IMG/VR virus record: IMGVR_UViG_3300020577_006613
Coordinates: 36,329 to 100,328 of that record
DNA: 64,000 bases
Direction: 5' to 3' (one strand)
Origin: a virus
Taxonomy: Duplodnaviria; Caudoviricetes
The notes under the pieces are model-generated. The model did no database searches. It had not been told where the DNA came from and worked only from the letters and a program-made list of their open reading frames with translations. The position numbers and the translations under genes were made by a program. This document shows positions 63,937-64,000 of this stretch, piece by piece (the stretch's first letter is position 1; each line of letters starts with the position of its first letter).

Positions 63937-63964
63937 TTGACTTCTAGCCGAAAAGGGATATAGT
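63937..63964 (+). promoter_or_regulatory. sigma70-like promoter for ORF starting at 63972 (runs off window)
   Basis: TTGACT-16-TATAGT. Confidence 0.5.
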
Positions 63965-64000
63965 TCAACCATGAATACCAACTTCAACAGCTTGTTATGC

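Noticed and set aside
1-64000. Stop-codon reassignment, as in some jumbo phages
   Set aside because: Conserved genes are full length in code 11, and TAA, TAG and TGA all end genes at expected positions, often coupled to the next start.

Overview
A dense, almost entirely plus-strand, standard-code (table 11) segment that reads as part of a very large (jumbo) bacteriophage genome. There are no structural genes in the window. It carries translation genes (short GluRS-like, LysRS, TilS, two tRNA-Arg(UCU)), RNA-repair genes (Ro60/Rsr, RtcB, two ATP-dependent RNA ligases, PNKP), NAD salvage (NAMPT, a split CinA-like/nucleotidyltransferase pair, NUDIX), a PspA/yjf-like envelope operon, gyrB/gyrA, UvsE, a RadA-like ATPase and many small hypotheticals. 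GyrA and prepilin-like leaders suggest a PVC (planctomycete-like) host (inference). Highlights not shown by the ORF track: (1) three Y-RNA-like genes upstream of Ro60 share one internal-loop module, and in one of them the module is grafted into a tRNA-Gly-like cloverleaf; (2) two HNH cassettes broke their target gene (a tRNA-Arg and the PNKP 3' end) and supplied a replacement copy, each with an RBS-occluding hairpin; (3) about 20 gene-oriented copies of the gene-boundary 11-mer GGCTAGACTTT; (4) a sharp C-to-G skew switch with iteron-like repeats at about 54.4-54.7 kb (candidate origin); (5) two more candidate structured ncRNAs and a perfect 30-bp palindrome. All family assignments come from motif recognition by eye, with no database searches.
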